A stretch of DNA of 63,454 bases, counting the filler, from Squatina squatina (lineage: Eukaryota): the NCBI GenBank assembly GCA_031763465.1. It is 3 parts of 3 records of this genome, joined end to end, with 100 filler letters (N's around TTAATTAATTAA, not from the genome) between each part and the next. Parts side by side here need not be neighbours in the genome. Positions count along the whole stretch, not along the records: positions 39,297 to 63,454 come from JARFOE010000162.1; 2 more parts are not named here. One strand, given 5' to 3'. Positions within the stretch are counted from its first letter, which is position 1. Each line of letters starts with the position of its first letter. Of the stretch, positions 63,312-63,454 are shown piece after piece. Made by a program: the position numbers and the translations under genes. The notes beneath the pieces were generated by a model, which saw only the letters and a program-made list of their open reading frames with translations, ran no database searches and was not told where the DNA came from.

Positions 63312-63454
63312 TAGGGTTACCAACTCCGGCTGGACACGTTCCTGGAGGTTTCTTCACATCAACCAAACAGCCTTTTTATCCCATTTCCAATATTTCTATA
63401 CCTAATAATAAACAAGTGTTCAAATAATATGAAAAGGCGCACTTTTTTTTAATG
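63312..63454 (+). mobile_element. hAT (Blackjack-like TAGGGTTRCCA terminus) MITE, left part
   Basis: Starts tagggttaccaac; the interior is shared with 39378. Confidence 0.6.

Overview
Vertebrate genomic DNA, almost certainly from a cartilaginous fish (shark/ray), judged by its repeat families: CR1 3' tails, DeuSINE/SacSINE-like SINEs, L2, RTE, Penelope-like elements, and Harbinger and hAT derivatives. It is not a contiguous locus. Dozens of 0.3-6 kb contigs are joined by mostly uniform 100-nt N spacers, two of which carry a synthetic TTAATTAATTAA linker. Recognisable exons come from four unrelated genes: AGPAT5 (1 exon), SMCHD1 (3), TLN2 (1) and TRAPPC2/sedlin (2, one behind an AC-ending minor-class intron). 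Two further exon-like segments could not be named. The rest is decayed transposons and tandem repeats, including a 2.8-kb 15-bp minisatellite. I found no prokaryotic-type system (CRISPR, operon, defence island) and cannot support a claim of a new biological system. The best leads are the odd U12-intron architecture in TRAPPC2, minimal hammerhead-ribozyme motifs in the Penelope termini, a divergent SMCHD1 ATPase region, a spliced Harbinger Myb/SANT gene plus a fold-back transposase remnant, and the pentapeptide-phased minisatellite. Gene and repeat names come from my recollection of the families, not from a database search.
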